NCBI RefSeq assembly: GCF_963921235.1 | Contig: NC_086109.1 | Location: 4,032,001 to 4,096,000 of the forward strand | Source of the DNA: Mobula hypostoma | Lineage: Eukaryota | Direction: 5' to 3' | Length of the DNA stretch: 64,000 bases | In this document: positions 24,670-37,357 of the stretch, piece by piece | How the letters are laid out: each line of letters begins with the position of its first letter | Numbering within the stretch: the first letter of the stretch is position 1 | Notes under the pieces: model-generated | Database searches by the model: none | What the model was told of the DNA's origin: nothing | Seen by the model: the letters and a program-made list of their open reading frames with translations, nothing else | Position numbers and translations under genes: made by a program

Positions 24670-26105
24670 CTTCACTTCACCAGGTGTACCAGATGTGACT
24701 GGACCATTCCAGATGTGACAGATGTGGTTGGACCATTCCAGATGTACCAAATGTGGATGGGCCACACAAGGTGTATCAGATATGGCTTGTCCATCTCTGA
24801 TATACCAGCTGTGGATGTCATGGTCCGGTCCGTGAAATCCGTGTTCCGGATCCATGGCTCCTTGTTCCGGGGTTTCTGGTTTTCCCCAGTTTCTGTTGTG
24901 GGCACATGATTCTCGTTTTGGGGCTGAGCCATAAATACCTCTGTAAACCAGGGATTCCCAGCTGGACTGTTCTGTTGATACCTCGCCCGACTCCCTGCCT
25001 GATACCTCACCTGACTCCCTGCCTGCTCACCTAGCCTGGATACCCCCCCTGTATTGCTGAAGTTTTACTGCCGGAGCAAGACTGGAACCTTGCTAGGTCA
25101 AGGTAAGGAACTGTCTTTCATTGTGTGGAATTGTCTCTCTGTGTCCACACCTTCGCTAGGTAGGTCTGGCCATTTGCTGCTACCTAGTGTTGGGAACTGT
25201 CTCTGTGTCCTCGCCTTTGCTAGGTGGGTCCAGCCATTTGCCGCCACCTTGTGTTGGGATTCGTCTCCATGTTCAGTGTTCTGTGTGTGAGTCCCGGCCC
25301 TATGTCCTGTTTCCAAGGAGGGGTTCCGGCTCTGTGTTCCGTGCTCCTGTCTCTCCTAGTCCAAGGCTCCGTGCTCCTGAAGGTCCTCGTCCAGTCTGTG
25401 CCTAGTCCAGTCCTATCCGAGTCCTGTCCATGTGCCTTTACCTGTCCTTGTGTCTCGCCCTACCCAGGAGTTCCTCACCCTAGCCTTGTCCTGTCCTGTA
25501 GCCTTGTCTTGTCTTCGCCTAGTTCTGGAGTCTGAGCCCGAGTCAAGTCCCAGGTTCTGGACCCTTGCCCAGTCGCTGGCTCAGAGTCCATACCCCAAGC
25601 CTGTCTCCAAGCTCAAGCCTCAAGACCCCAAGCCTGTCTCCAAGCCTGAAGCCTCAAAACCCCAGCCTCCAGTCCTGCAGTCATGTCATGTCCATGCCTG
25701 GTTCTGGGGCCCGAGCCTGAAGCAAGACCCAGGTTCTGGGTCCTTGTCCAGTCTCTGGCTCAGGGCCCAAACCCAAGTCTGCGTTCTTGTCCCTGCTCCT
25801 TGTCTGTATCCTGTCACGTCCCTACTCGAGTCAGGTCCTGTTCCTTGTACTTCAGTGTCTGTGTCTTGCATTTGGGTCTGTTCCCAGCACCCCCATTGTG
25901 ACAGTGGATGGGATTCAAGAAATGTACCAGATGTGGATGGGTCACACCAGGTGTACCAGATGTGCTTGAGCCATTCCAGATGTACCAGATGTGGATGGGT
26001 CACACCAGGTGTACCAGATGAGGCTGAGCCATTCCAGATGTACCAGATGTGGATGGGTCACACCAGGTGTACCAGATGAGGCTGAGACACAACAGATGTA
26101 CCTGG
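24670..26105. repeat. 29/58-bp tandem repeat array split by a solo LTR
   Basis: gtaccagatgtggatgggtcacaccaggt units at 24670-24815 and 25904-26105; 58-bp period at 25924, 25982 and 26040. Confidence 0.85.
24816..25903 (+). mobile_element. Solo LTR (1088 bp)
   Basis: TGTCA...TGACA termini with perfect 5-bp TSD GTGGA (24811-24815, 25904-25908); no coding interior. Confidence 0.88.
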
Positions 26106-26239
26106 TGGTGTGGAGTTCAGAAGTTGATGGATTGGTGTTTCTGGGGAGCCATAGAACTTCTGTGGACTTGGTGTGAGTGTAGGGCTGGGCAAGTGCCCAG
26201 TACTCCGTTACACGCCAGCATTTCTCTCTACAATCACCA

Positions 26240-26705
26240 GCATGTCCACATCGAGGGATCAGCAATGGAAAGGATGTGCAGTTTCAGGTTCCTGGATCTC
26301 AATATTTCAGAAGGTCTACTTTGAGCCCAGCATATCGATGCGATCATGAAGAGGCCTGCCAGCAGCTATATCTTGTTAGGAGTTTGAGGGGGTTTGAAAT
26401 GTCACCGAAGACTGTCACAACTTTCTACAGAAGTACTATGGAGAGTACTCTGACGGGTTGTATCACAGCCTAGTATGGAGGGGACAATGTGCAGCCGGCA
26501 GAGGGTTGTAGACCCAACCAACCCCATCAGGGCCACAACCCTCCCACCACTGAGGACATCTTCAAGAGTTGGTGTCTCAAGAAAGCAACGTCAATCATTA
26601 CTGACCCCCACCACACAGGACATGCTCTCTTCACGTTGCTGCCATCAGGGAAGAGGTACAGGAAAAGCTTCTTCCCCTCCACCATCAGAGTTATGAATGG
26701 CCCAT
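26240..26705 (+). mobile_element. Degenerate Rex/Babar fragment
   Basis: TFYRSTMESTLTGCITA and HALFTLLPSGKRYR motifs. Confidence 0.8.
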
Positions 26706-26721
26706 GAACTGTCCCTCATTA

Positions 26722-28298
26722 TCACCATCATCAGGTGCCGTGCCCAGTTTGAGTTTGAGCTTTGACTGCCGTGGCCCACACACTCCTGTTTCGGGTCAAG
26801 TGGATCAGTTCATTGTGTTACGAGCCCATAGGTTTCGTTTACTGTGGACTGTCACTTTAAAAGAGCGCTTCAGTGAGGCGGGACTATGATGTTGCTCACT
26901 GACTGATTCGCAGCTTGCTTACCTTTAAAACAAGGACGCAGACAGTCACGGTCGGAAGTCAGGAGAGAGAGGAGCGAACCTGGAAAAGGGGAGCAGCTCC
27001 AGCTTGTCGAAGCTGGGGATTTGGAACTCTGCTACACCCACAAGGGTGGGTTGATCATTGATCCAGTGCACATCAAATGTGTGGCTGTCACTTCGTGTGA
27101 TCCATAGGAGTGGATTAAGGAATGTCCTGTGGAACCATTCGAAGTTAACCCCTGCCTGAGTATGTTATGTGGCAACCCCTTTGAAGACGACATCCCTGAG
27201 ACAGATCACTCTGGTGGTAATTCGTACGTGGATTTGGAATGGCTCAGCGGAGGATCTTCGACAACTGATATTTATTAATCACCATCGTGGAACCTGTGGA
27301 ATTCGACATAATTGCCTCCTCTCTCCGTTTCACCCTGGTATACAAATATCTCTCTCCCATCATTCCTTCCATGGATGAACTGAATTTTCATACCTTACTA
27401 TCTCAAGACTCTAAGCCTTGTTCCCCCGAGCTCAATAGTTTGGGAGTTATATTCACATACACATAACACTGTTAACTTTTGTTTGTTTTGGTTAAGTTGC
27501 CATATTATAAGTAGGTACTAATAAAGATAGTGGTTTTAACATCAAATCCAGACTCCAGTGCGAACTCTATTGCTGCTGGTTTGTTTCTAAAACATTACAG
27601 TTCGTCCAAATTGTTATTCATTTCCAGTTCTCTGGCTGCTGTCTCCATCATCATTTGTCTTTGTCTTCCTCTTGCTTTCTTCCCTTCAATCTTTCCCATA
27701 ATTACCGTGCATTCTAACTCCTCTTTCCTAATCACATGTCCAATGAAATTACTTTGCCTTTTCATGATCTCATACATTATTTCTCTTTTTGTGTTTGCTC
27801 TGTTCATGACATCCTCGTTAGATATTCGTTTCGTCCGTGATATTCTTTGCATCCTCCTCAAAAACCACATCTCTGCTGCTTCAATTCGTTTCTTCATGTT
27901 ACTAGATATTGTCCAACATTCTGAGCCACATAACATAACTGGATAAACGTAACATTTCAATACTCTGAGGCGGGTTGTCATGCCTAGTTTAGTATTGGTC
28001 AGTATACTCTTCATTCTCGTAAAGGTGTCTTTTGCCATCCCTATTCTTCTTTTGATGTCCATGTCGCACCTGCCATCTGATGTCACCCAGCTTCCAAAGT
28101 AGCAAAAGTTCTGTACTTGTTTTATGTCTTCCCCGTTTATTCTCAGCCTGCAGATAGGATTCTCCTTCTTTTTGGATATCACCATACATTCTGTCTTTTT
28201 GCAATTGATAGATAGACCCATTTTTGCACTTTCTTCAACAATTATATCAATTAAGTTTTGTAGTTCTTCCTCCGTGCTTGCAATTAACACAGTGTCAC
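26722..28298 (-). mobile_element. RTE-clade LINE 3' portion, interrupted by a solo LTR
   Basis: ORF 27595-28290 (GLSINCKKTECM, DIKRRIGMAK, YGSECW-like, GKIEGKKARGRQR); reading resumes below 26815 as NELIHLTRNRSVWATAV, then a (gat)n tail. Confidence 0.9.
26816..27609 (+). mobile_element. Solo LTR (Gypsy-like, 794 bp) nested in RTE LINE
   Basis: Begins TGTTACG; 4-bp TSD ATTG (26812-26815, 27610-27613); AATAAA at ~27520; 3' terminus degenerate (cgtccaa). Confidence 0.75.
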
Positions 28299-29127
28299 CG
28301 ACATATCTGAAATTATATTCTTTTATATTCTTATATTCTCATTATATTCTTTTTAATTGCACTATTAATTTTGTAGTTTATGGTAATTTTTATGTCTTTA
28401 AACTTAAAAGGCACAATCTAAACCCTCTCTCAGTTAGCTTTTCACCTGAATTCCAGTGAGAGCGATTGTGGGTGTTTGGAGCGATTCACACCAGAAAGTT
28501 CAGACAGTCTCACTCTGCTGCCCAGTCCATCTGCTCTTATCCTTTTCTCTACCCCTGACCGTGATTGTAAAGCCCTCCCCACCGTTCTGCACACTCTGTA
28601 TCTAATGTGTATTTACATTGTGATGCAGCAGAGTCACGAGCTGTGCCTGCTTCTCAACCACGCAGTCTTACCACTGATGGTCCCGGACATTAGACGGTAT
28701 CAAAAGCTCTAGATGTGTTGTAATGGTGGGACCTCCCCACCATCGAGCACATCCAGATCGAGCGCTGTTACAGGAAAGCAGTATCCATCGTCAGGGACCC
28801 CCATATCCAGCCCACCTTCTCTTCTCTCTACTGCCATCAGGAAGGAGGTACAGAAGCCTCACGACTTATAACATGAGGTTCAGAAACAGTTATTAGGCTC
28901 CAGTACCAGAAGGGATAACTTCACTTGCCCCATCACTGAACTGATCCATTAACCTATAATCTCAGTTTCAAGGACTCTTCAACTCCTGTTCTCAATATTT
29001 ATTTTTTATTATTATTATTATTATTGCTCTCTTTCTGTACTTGCACAGTTGTCTTTGCACACTGGTTGTCTGCCCAGTTGGTGCAGTCTTTCATTGATTC
29101 TGTTCTGGTCCTTGGATTACTGAGTTG

Positions 29128-29540
29128 TCATCATCATTATGTGCCATGTCATGTGACATGGGCAACCATGGTCTTCCATCTGATGATAATCTGCCTGTGG
29201 GGAAGAACCCCTTCATGCTGTAGGTCTTATTCTTTTCTCTATCCATGACCATGATTGTTCTTGTCAAATTTTTCTACAGAAGTGGTTTGCCATTGCCTTC
29301 TTCTGGGCAGTGTCCTTACAAGACGGGTGCCCCCAGCCATTATCAATACTCTTCAGAGATTGTCTGCCTGGTGTCAGTGGTCACGTAACCAGGACTTGTG
29401 ATATGCACCGGCTGCTCCCATGGCTTCACATGACCCTGATCAGGAGTCAAAGCAGGTGCTACACCTTGCCCAAGGGTGACCCGCAGGCTAGCGGAGAAAG
29501 GAGCATCTTACCCCTCCTTCTGTAGAGACATATCTCCACA
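29128..29540 (-). mobile_element. Copy of the RTE-tailed SINE-like element
   Basis: Reverse complement of 10103-10448 (agaagtggtttgccattgccttcttctgggcagtgtc). Confidence 0.72.
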
Positions 29541-30054
29541 CCGACTCCTGCTGAGTATGCCCACCCACAAAAAAATTAATCTCATGGTTGTAGATGGTGA
29601 TATACTGTATATGTACTTTGATAATAAATTTACTTTGAACTGCTTTCATTCGGGGAGTTTCCCCATGTTCTCGATCAACCAAACGAAGCAATATTTCAGA
29701 CCTCAACGTTCAAGAGCTTTCAAAGTTCAATTCTTCAGCTGTCTGGAATTAAACAGGGTGATCTTTGCGAAGTGGTTGTAAATGTGACAGAGGACAGCTG
29801 AAGGGATCCTTCCATTTAATGATTGTAAGTTCAGCAAGAGCTGGTGAATTTAGCCAGACGTTTCCCCTCACAATTACTCTGCAGGGCTGTGAGGTGACTG
29901 GGTGCGCGGTATCTTGCATTACATGGCAGATGCAGTGTATTGAAGAGAGGATTATATCTCTTGCCGGTTCTGTTGGGGCCAGCAGGACTCAAAGTCATGT
30001 AGCTGACCATAGAGAGACAGGATTTCACAAGCAGCCGATATCTGACACCACAGA

Positions 30055-32010
30055 GAAGAGAAAATCTGCAGATGCTAGAAATCCGAGCAACGCACACAAA
30101 ATATTGGAGAAACTCAGCAGGCCAGGTAGCATCTATGGAAAAAACTACAGTTGACATTTCGGGCTGAGACCCTTCAGCAGGACTGAAGAAAATAAGCTGA
30201 GGATTAGAACACAAAGTGATAGGTGAAACCAGGAGGGGGAGGATGAAGTAAAGAGCTGGGAAGTTGATTTGATGAAATAGATACAGGGCTGGAGAAGAGG
30301 GAGACCCATAAGAAAGAACAGAAGGCCATGGAAGAAAGAAAAGGGGGGAAGAGCACCAGAGGGAGGCGATGGGCAGGCATGGAGATAAGGTGAGAGAGGG
30401 AAAGGGGATGGGGAATGGTGAAGGGGGACATTACCAAAATTTCAAGAAATCGACATTCATGCCATCAGGTTGGAGGCTACCCAGATGGAATATAAGGTGT
30501 TGCTCCTCCAACCTGAGTGTGGCCTCAGCGTGACAGTAGAGGAGGCCGTGGATGGACATTTTGGAATGGGAATGGGAAGTAGAGTTAAAATGGGTGGCCA
30601 CTGGGAGATCCTGCTTCTTCTGGTGGACAGAGTGTAGGTGGTTGGTGAAACCGTCTCCCAATCTTTGGAGTTTAGAAGAATGAGGGGAGACCTCATAAAC
30701 ATTTCGAATGTTAAAAGGCATGGACAGAGTGGATGTGGCAAAGTTGTTTCCCATGATGGGGGAGTCTAGTATGAGAGGGAATGACTTAAGGATTGAAGGG
30801 CGCCCTTACAGAACAGAAATGCGAAGAAATTTTTTTAGTCAGAGGGTGGTGAATCTATGGAATTTGTTGCCACGGGCAGCAGTGGAGGCCAAGTCATTGG
30901 GTGTATTTAAGGCAGAGATTGATAGGTATTGGAGTAGCCAGGGCATCAGAGGTTATGGTGAGAAGGCAGGGGAATGGGACTAAATAGGAGAAAATGGATC
31001 AGCTCATGATAAAATGGCGGAACAGACTCGATGGGCCGAATGGCCTACTTCTGCTCCTTTGTCTTATGGTCTTATGGTCTAATCTACGTCAGGTTTCACC
31101 GATATACAGGAGGCCACGCCGGGAGCACCAGACACAGTATATGACCCCAACTGACTCACAGGTGAAGTGTCGCCTCACCTGGAAGGACTGTTTGGGGCCC
31201 TGATTGGTAGTGAGGGAGGAGGTGGAGGGGGAGGTGTAGCACTTGTTCCACTTGCAAGGATAAGTGCCAGGAGGGAGATCAGTGGGATGGGATGAGTTGC
31301 ATAGGAAGCGATCCCTGCAGAAAGCAGAAAGTGGGGGGGGGGGAGGATGAGCTTGGTGGTGAGATCCAGTTGGAGGTGGCAGAAGTTTTGCAGAATTATG
31401 TACTGGACGCAGAGGCTGGTGGGGTGATAGGTGAGGACAAAAGGAACCCTATCCATGGTAGGGTGGTGGGAGGATGGGGTAAGAGCAGACCTGTGTGAAA
31501 TGGAAGGGATGCAGTTGAGGGCAGTGTTGATGGTGGAGAAAGGGAAGCCTCTTTCTTTGAAAAAGGAGCACATCTCCTTTGTTCTAGAATGAAAAACCTC
31601 ATCCTGAGAGCAGATGTGGCAGAGATGGTGGAATTGAGAGAATGGGATGACTTCTCTACAAGTAATAGGGTGGGAAGAGGTGTAGTCCAGGTAGCTGTGA
31701 GTGTCCGTGGTTTATAATAGACATCAGTAGATAAGCTGTGTCCAGAGATAGACAGTGAGATCAAGGAAGGGGAGGGAGGCACCAGAAATGGACCAAGTAA
31801 ATATAAGGGCAGGGTAGAAGTTAGAAGCAAAGTCGATGAAGTCGACGAACTTGGCTTTGGGTCTAGGAAGGAGCACCAATGCAGTCATCGATGTAGTGTG
31901 TGAAAAGTGGGGGATGGATACCAGTGTAGTCTTGGAATATAGACTGTTCCACGTAGCCAACAAAAAGACAGGCATAACTGAGACCCATGTGAGTGCCCAT
32001 TGCTGCACCT
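30055..32010 (-). mobile_element. Older degenerate Penelope-like element, interrupted by CR1
   Basis: KGAAMGTHMGLSYACLFVGYVEQ, HYIDDCIG, FKERGFP and DLPVATHFNS..LEEQHLIFHLGSLQPDGMN are homologous to 60924-62285; many frameshifts. Confidence 0.92.
30665..31080 (+). mobile_element. CR1 3' end nested in the PLE
   Basis: RRNFFSQRVVNLWNLLP; (cttatggt)n tail; aatct duplicated at 30660 and 31081. Confidence 0.88.
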
Positions 32011-32769
32011 TTTGGTATATCTGAGATCAACAGTTTGTCTACTGGATGTAATATCACTGGGAACAGACAGCATAATTCCGTAAGCTTCATAATACGTTTC
32101 AAAAGGTATAACTAGACCGGACAGGGAGGGAGGGAGTTAAAGAGACAGGGAGGGGACTAAGGGTCAATGGGTTTACAAAGGTAGGGATTGGTGTGGTGTT
32201 CAGAGGAGGTTACAGAGATGGGGAGGTGTGTAGGAACAGGAGGGTTTACAGAGACAAGGAGGGGTGTAGACTCGGAAGATGTTACAGACACAGGGAAGGG
32301 GCGCTGGGTTTGGAAGGGGCGCTGGGTTTGGAGGGGGTGCTGAGTTTGGAAGGGGTGTTGAGTTTGGAAGGGGTTACAGAGATAGGGAGGGTTAAGCCAC
32401 AGATGGCAGAGTGAGTGTCAGTGAACACAGATGGCGGTGCAAGGTGAGTCAGGCAAGAACCCGCAGAGAGAGAGTGTTTGATAACAGGACCTATTCCGGA
32501 TCTGAGTTCTGGACATTGGCTTGCACAGGGCTGTGGGGAATGGAGTCCGTGTCCCGGGGAATGGAGACTGAGCAGAGCTGGAAGGAGACAAGGAACACCA
32601 TGAATGGGAACTGTGGGACAGCGAGCTCCAGGCTGTTTCAAGCTGTGTCTCCTGCACTGCTCCCAGTACAGCTCCTCAGCACAGACAGCTGTCCACAGTC
32701 GGATCTCAGCTGACATCTCAGCCTCGGTCGCTCCAAGGAAAACAAACCTGTTACAGCTCCGGCTGTCCT

Positions 32770-33010
32770 GGAGTTCAGAGTTCAATTCCTGTCATCTGTA
32801 GGAGCTTCTGTCCCATGGAGTGCGTGGGTTTTCCCCTGGTGCTCTGGTTACCTCCCACAGTCTAAAGCTGTACCAGGTAATTTAATTGGTCATTGTAAAT
32901 TGTCCCGTGATTAGGTTTAGCGTTATCTGGGCTTGTTGGGTGGTTGCTAGGCAGCGTGGCTCAAAGGACCAGAAAGGCCTACTCCATGCTGTATCGCTAA
33001 ATAAATAAAT
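32770..33010 (+). mobile_element. V-SINE/HE1-like SINE
   Basis: gagttcaattcc B-box-like, gggttttcccctggtgctctggttacctcccacagtctaaag core, (taaa)n tail. Confidence 0.72.
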
Positions 33011-33875
33011 ATTTTGATATTTGTTGAGGTATTATGTGAAAAATAAATAAATAAAACCTAATCTATCCAGTCTCTCTTCAAAACTGGAATACTGCATCCC
33101 AGGCAACATTGCCCTCTGCACTCTTTCAAATGCAATCACACCCTTCCTGTAGTGGGGTGACCAATACTCCAAATTGCCCCCACCAATGTCTTACACAACT
33201 TCAAGATATCATTCCAATTCCTGTACTCAATGCATTGATTTCCGAAGGCCAATATGCCTAAAGCTCTCTTTATGATCCTATCTATCTGTGACCCCACTTT
33301 CACAGAGTTATGGATCTGTCTTCCCAGATCCCTCTGTTGTACTGCCTCATCGCTCACCACCGAAGTCCCACCCTAGTTTGTCCTCCCAAAGTGCAACGCT
33401 TCACACTGTCTGCGTTAAATTGCATCTATCATTTTCCAGCTGGTCTTGACCCCACTGCAAGCTCTGATAGTCTTCCTCACCGTCCACTACATCCCCCAAT
33501 CTTGGCATCATCTGCAAATTTAATGATCTAGTTACCATATTATCATCCAGAGCATTCATATCTATGACTATTACACCCAGCGGTCTGAATCATAGCTCAA
33601 AGTTCAAAGTAAATTTAGCATCAAAGCACGGATGTGGCACCATATACTACCCTGACATTGATTTTCTTGTGGGCATTCACAGTAGATACAAAGAAACGCA
33701 ATTGAACCAATGATAGACCGCACATTACACAATGAACAACAAGTGTGCAAAAACAGAAAGAAACAAAAACAAAAAAGGCCAAAACTATAATAATAATTTA
33801 ATAAGAAATAAATATCGAGAGCATGAGATGAAGAGTCCTTGCAACTGGTTGTGGGAACAATTCAATGTTGGGGCG

Positions 33876-35429
33876 AGTGCCTATAAAAAAGTCTTCATCC
33901 CCCCCTGAGAAGTCTTCATGTTTTGTTGTTCTACAACGTTGAAGCACAGTGGATTTAATTTGTTTTTTTCACACTGATCAACAGAAAAAGACTCTGTTGT
34001 GTCAAAGTCAAACCAGATCTCTACAAAGTATCTAAATTAATTACAGGTATAAAACACAAAATAATTGATTGCGTGAGTATTCATTCCCTTTATTATGACA
34101 CACTAAATCATCACTGGTGCAGCCAATTGGTTTTAGAAGTCACATAATTAGTTAAATGGAGATCTGTTTTTGGAGACCTGTGTGCAGTCAAGGTGTGTCA
34201 ATTGATCGTAGTAAGTCCACACCTATATCTGGAAGGTCCAACTGCTGGTGAGTCAGTATCCTGGCAAAACTACACCATGAAGACAAAAGAACGAGACGGA
34301 TACAAGAAAATTTCCAAGTCACTGAATGTCCTTTAGAGTTACGTCAATCATCGAGGAATGGGAAGAATATGGCACAGCTGTAAATCTGTCTAGAGCAGGC
34401 TATCCTCAAAAACTGAGTGACCGTGCAAGAAAGGGACTAGTGAGGGAGGCCACAAAGAGAGCTATGACAATGCTGGAGGAGTTACAAGTTTCAGTGGGTG
34501 AGATGGGAGAGACTGTGCATACAGTAACCGTTGCCCGGGTGCTTCACCAGTCGCGGGTTAATGGGAGAATGCGAAGAGAAAGCCACTTTTGAAAAGCCTC
34601 ACATGAAATCTCTGCAAGAGTTTGCCTGAGCCATGTGGGAGACTCTGAAGGCAGCTGGAAGAAGGTTCTATAGTCTGATGTAACTAAAATTGAGCTTTTT
34701 GGCCATCAGACTAAATGCTGTTTGGCATAAACCAAACACTGCACATAATCAAAAACACACCAACCCTACCGTGAAGCATAGTAGTGACTGCATCATGCTG
34801 TGGGGATGCTTCACTGCAGCAGGCCCTGGAAGGCTTGTGAAGGTAGAGGGTAAAATTAATGCAGCAAAATAGAGGGAAATCCTGGAGGAAAACCTGACAC
34901 TCCAACTTGGGAGGAGATTTGTTTTCAGCGAGACAATGACGCCAAGGAATGGCTTAAAAACAATGAAGTTAATGTCTTGGGCTAGCCGAGTCAGAGTCCA
35001 GACTTCAATACAGTTGAGAATTTGTGTTTGGACTTGAAAAGGGTAGTTCATTCACGATCCTCCTGCAATCTGACAGAGCTTGAGCAGTTTTGTAAAGAAG
35101 AATGGGGAAAAATTGCAGTGTCCAGATGTGCAAAGCTGATAGAGATCGATCTACACAGACTCAAGGCTGTAATTGCTGCCAAAGGTGTGTCTTCCAAATA
35201 CTGACCTGAAGGGGGTGAATACTTAAGCAATCAATTATTTTGTGCTTTATATTTGCAATAACTTAGATCAATTTGCAGAGTTCGGTTTTCACTTTGACAC
35301 AAAAGAGTCTCTTTCTGTTGATCTGTGCCAAAAAAGCCAAATTAAATCCATTGTGATTCAATGTTGTAAAACAATAAAACATGAAAGCTTGCAAGGGGGG
35401 GTGGGGGTGAATACTTTTTATGGGCACTG
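33876..35429 (+). mobile_element. Tc1/mariner DNA transposon relic, IR/DR type
   Basis: ~215-bp terminal inverted repeats with inner direct repeats; TA at the right end; decayed transposase (SD.TKIELFG, TVKH..IMLWGCF, SPD, RLKAVIAAKG). Confidence 0.92.
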
Positions 35430-37029
35430 TATCCCCTCTGGTTCGAGAGCCTGGTGGTTGAGGGATAATAACTGTTCTTGAACCTGGTGGTGCGGGCCTT
35501 GAGGGTCCTGCACCTCCTTCCTGATGGCAGCTGTGAGTAGCAAGTCCTTGATGGAGGGAGTCCTTGATGATGAGTGCTGACTTCCAGCAGCATTACTCTA
35601 TGTAGGTGTGCTCAGTCGTGGGGTAGGTCCACCATTACAGCTTCAGAGCTTTCGATACCACGAATTGTTCCAGGCCATCAGTGATATGACAACGTCGTTG
35701 AGAAGCAGGCCCACTACGTGACTCTGTTGTGTTACAATATAAACACACACTAGATACAGACTGTTCCATACTTGAAGACGCATTGCAATTGCCTGAGATA
35801 AAACTTGGCAGACGTTTCATTGGAAACAGCTTGAGTTTACATCTGGTTAAGTAATGGGTGAGTGACAACAATGAAAGTTGATGTCAATGTATGCAGTTTT
35901 GGTACTTGTCGCTCACCGATATCACTGCAGTACATCTGAGCTCATGCTGGGCTGGGGAGGTCTCTGTGTTTCAGCACAGCAGACCAAGGGATTGGGTGTG
36001 AAAGGAGCAAGGTCCAATTTCCCAAAGGTCTTGAATCAAGAGCAGCATAGCCACATAGCTGCTCCTATCCACCAACCGATCTGTGTTTGCTGGCTAATTG
36101 TATCTCTTAACGTTTTGTATCAAAGAGCTCAAGCAACCTCTCTGTCTTAGAATTGAATCGCATCTAACATCCATCAACCCTGAGACAGATGTTTAATCTG
36201 AAAAGTGCTCAATTCTGCTCGAAAGCTTGAATCATATGGGTGTGCACAAGCTAATCGAACAATGTCCAAGCAACTGGAACTTCCCCTTTTGAAACAGCCA
36301 GTTTCTGCAGAACCATGAACTCATCTTGCAAGCATTTCAACCCTGACATCATTTCAGTCCCACATCTGAGGCAGCAGCCAGCATTAGCAGAGGAGGAACA
36401 AACACAGAGCTGGAAGCAGTTTGGTTGTTTTATGAGTAGTTACCATTCCCACCACCCAGGCCAGGTTCTCCTCTCGCTGTTAACTTCGGGAAGGAGGTAC
36501 AGAAGCCTCAGGTCCCACACCAACACGTTCAGGAACAGCTGTTACCCTTCAACCATCAGGCTCCTGAACCAGTGTAGATAACTTAACTCACTTCAAAACT
36601 GAACTGATTCCAGAACCTACAGATTCACTTTCAACGGCTCTTCACCTCATGTTCTCAATATTATTTATCTATTAATTTATAATAATTATTAATTTCTTTT
36701 GTATTTGCACAGTTCGCTTTCTTTTGTGCATCGGTCATTTGTCAGTTTTTCATTGATTCTTTTGTGTTTCTTGGTATCGACTGCGAATGCCCACAAGAAA
36801 ATGAATTTCTGGGTAGTATATGGTAACATATATGTAATGAAGAATAAATTTACCTTGAACTTTGAACGTTGAACTTTAATCAGACAGGGTTTCAATTCTG
36901 TAATTTGGAAATGTCATCCAACCCATGGTACCTACTCTGGTAGCTTTCTGTACGCCCCGCTGCCAGATGTGTCAGAAAGTTTACCCAAACTTGAGCTTCT
37001 GCTTATCCACTTCCCCTAGAAGCTCCCCT

Positions 37030-37357
37030 CCCCAGAGCAAACGCTGTGGAATACCAGGAGTAATGTTTGAGCAACAGTCTTGTCGCACCCTTGTTCCTCT
37101 GACCCGGAAACATCTAATGATTAAATGATGATTCTGCTTACCAAGAGAGTTCTCCTTCGTAATCCTGACCATAGTTGATATAGTTGGCCGATTTCAAGGA
37201 GGCACTCGAGATTCTGAATGCTGCCATCAACAGACAAGAAACAGCTTATCTCGACGCCTTTCAAATCATTGCTGGGAACTTTAGTCAGGCTTGTTTGAAG
37301 AAATCTCTGTCCAGTTATCATCAGTACATCACTGGCAACACACTCGACCACTCTATA
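37030..37357 (+). mobile_element. Rex/Babar AP-endonuclease fragment (continues after the Tigger insertion)
   Basis: ALEILNAAINRQETAYLDAFQIIAGNF...NTLDH; resumes at ~38582 (ctaccataaggaatgccta). Confidence 0.7.

Noticed and set aside
25432..26079. 215-aa Pro/Ser-rich ORF
   Set aside because: Spans solo-LTR internal repeats and the flanking minisatellite
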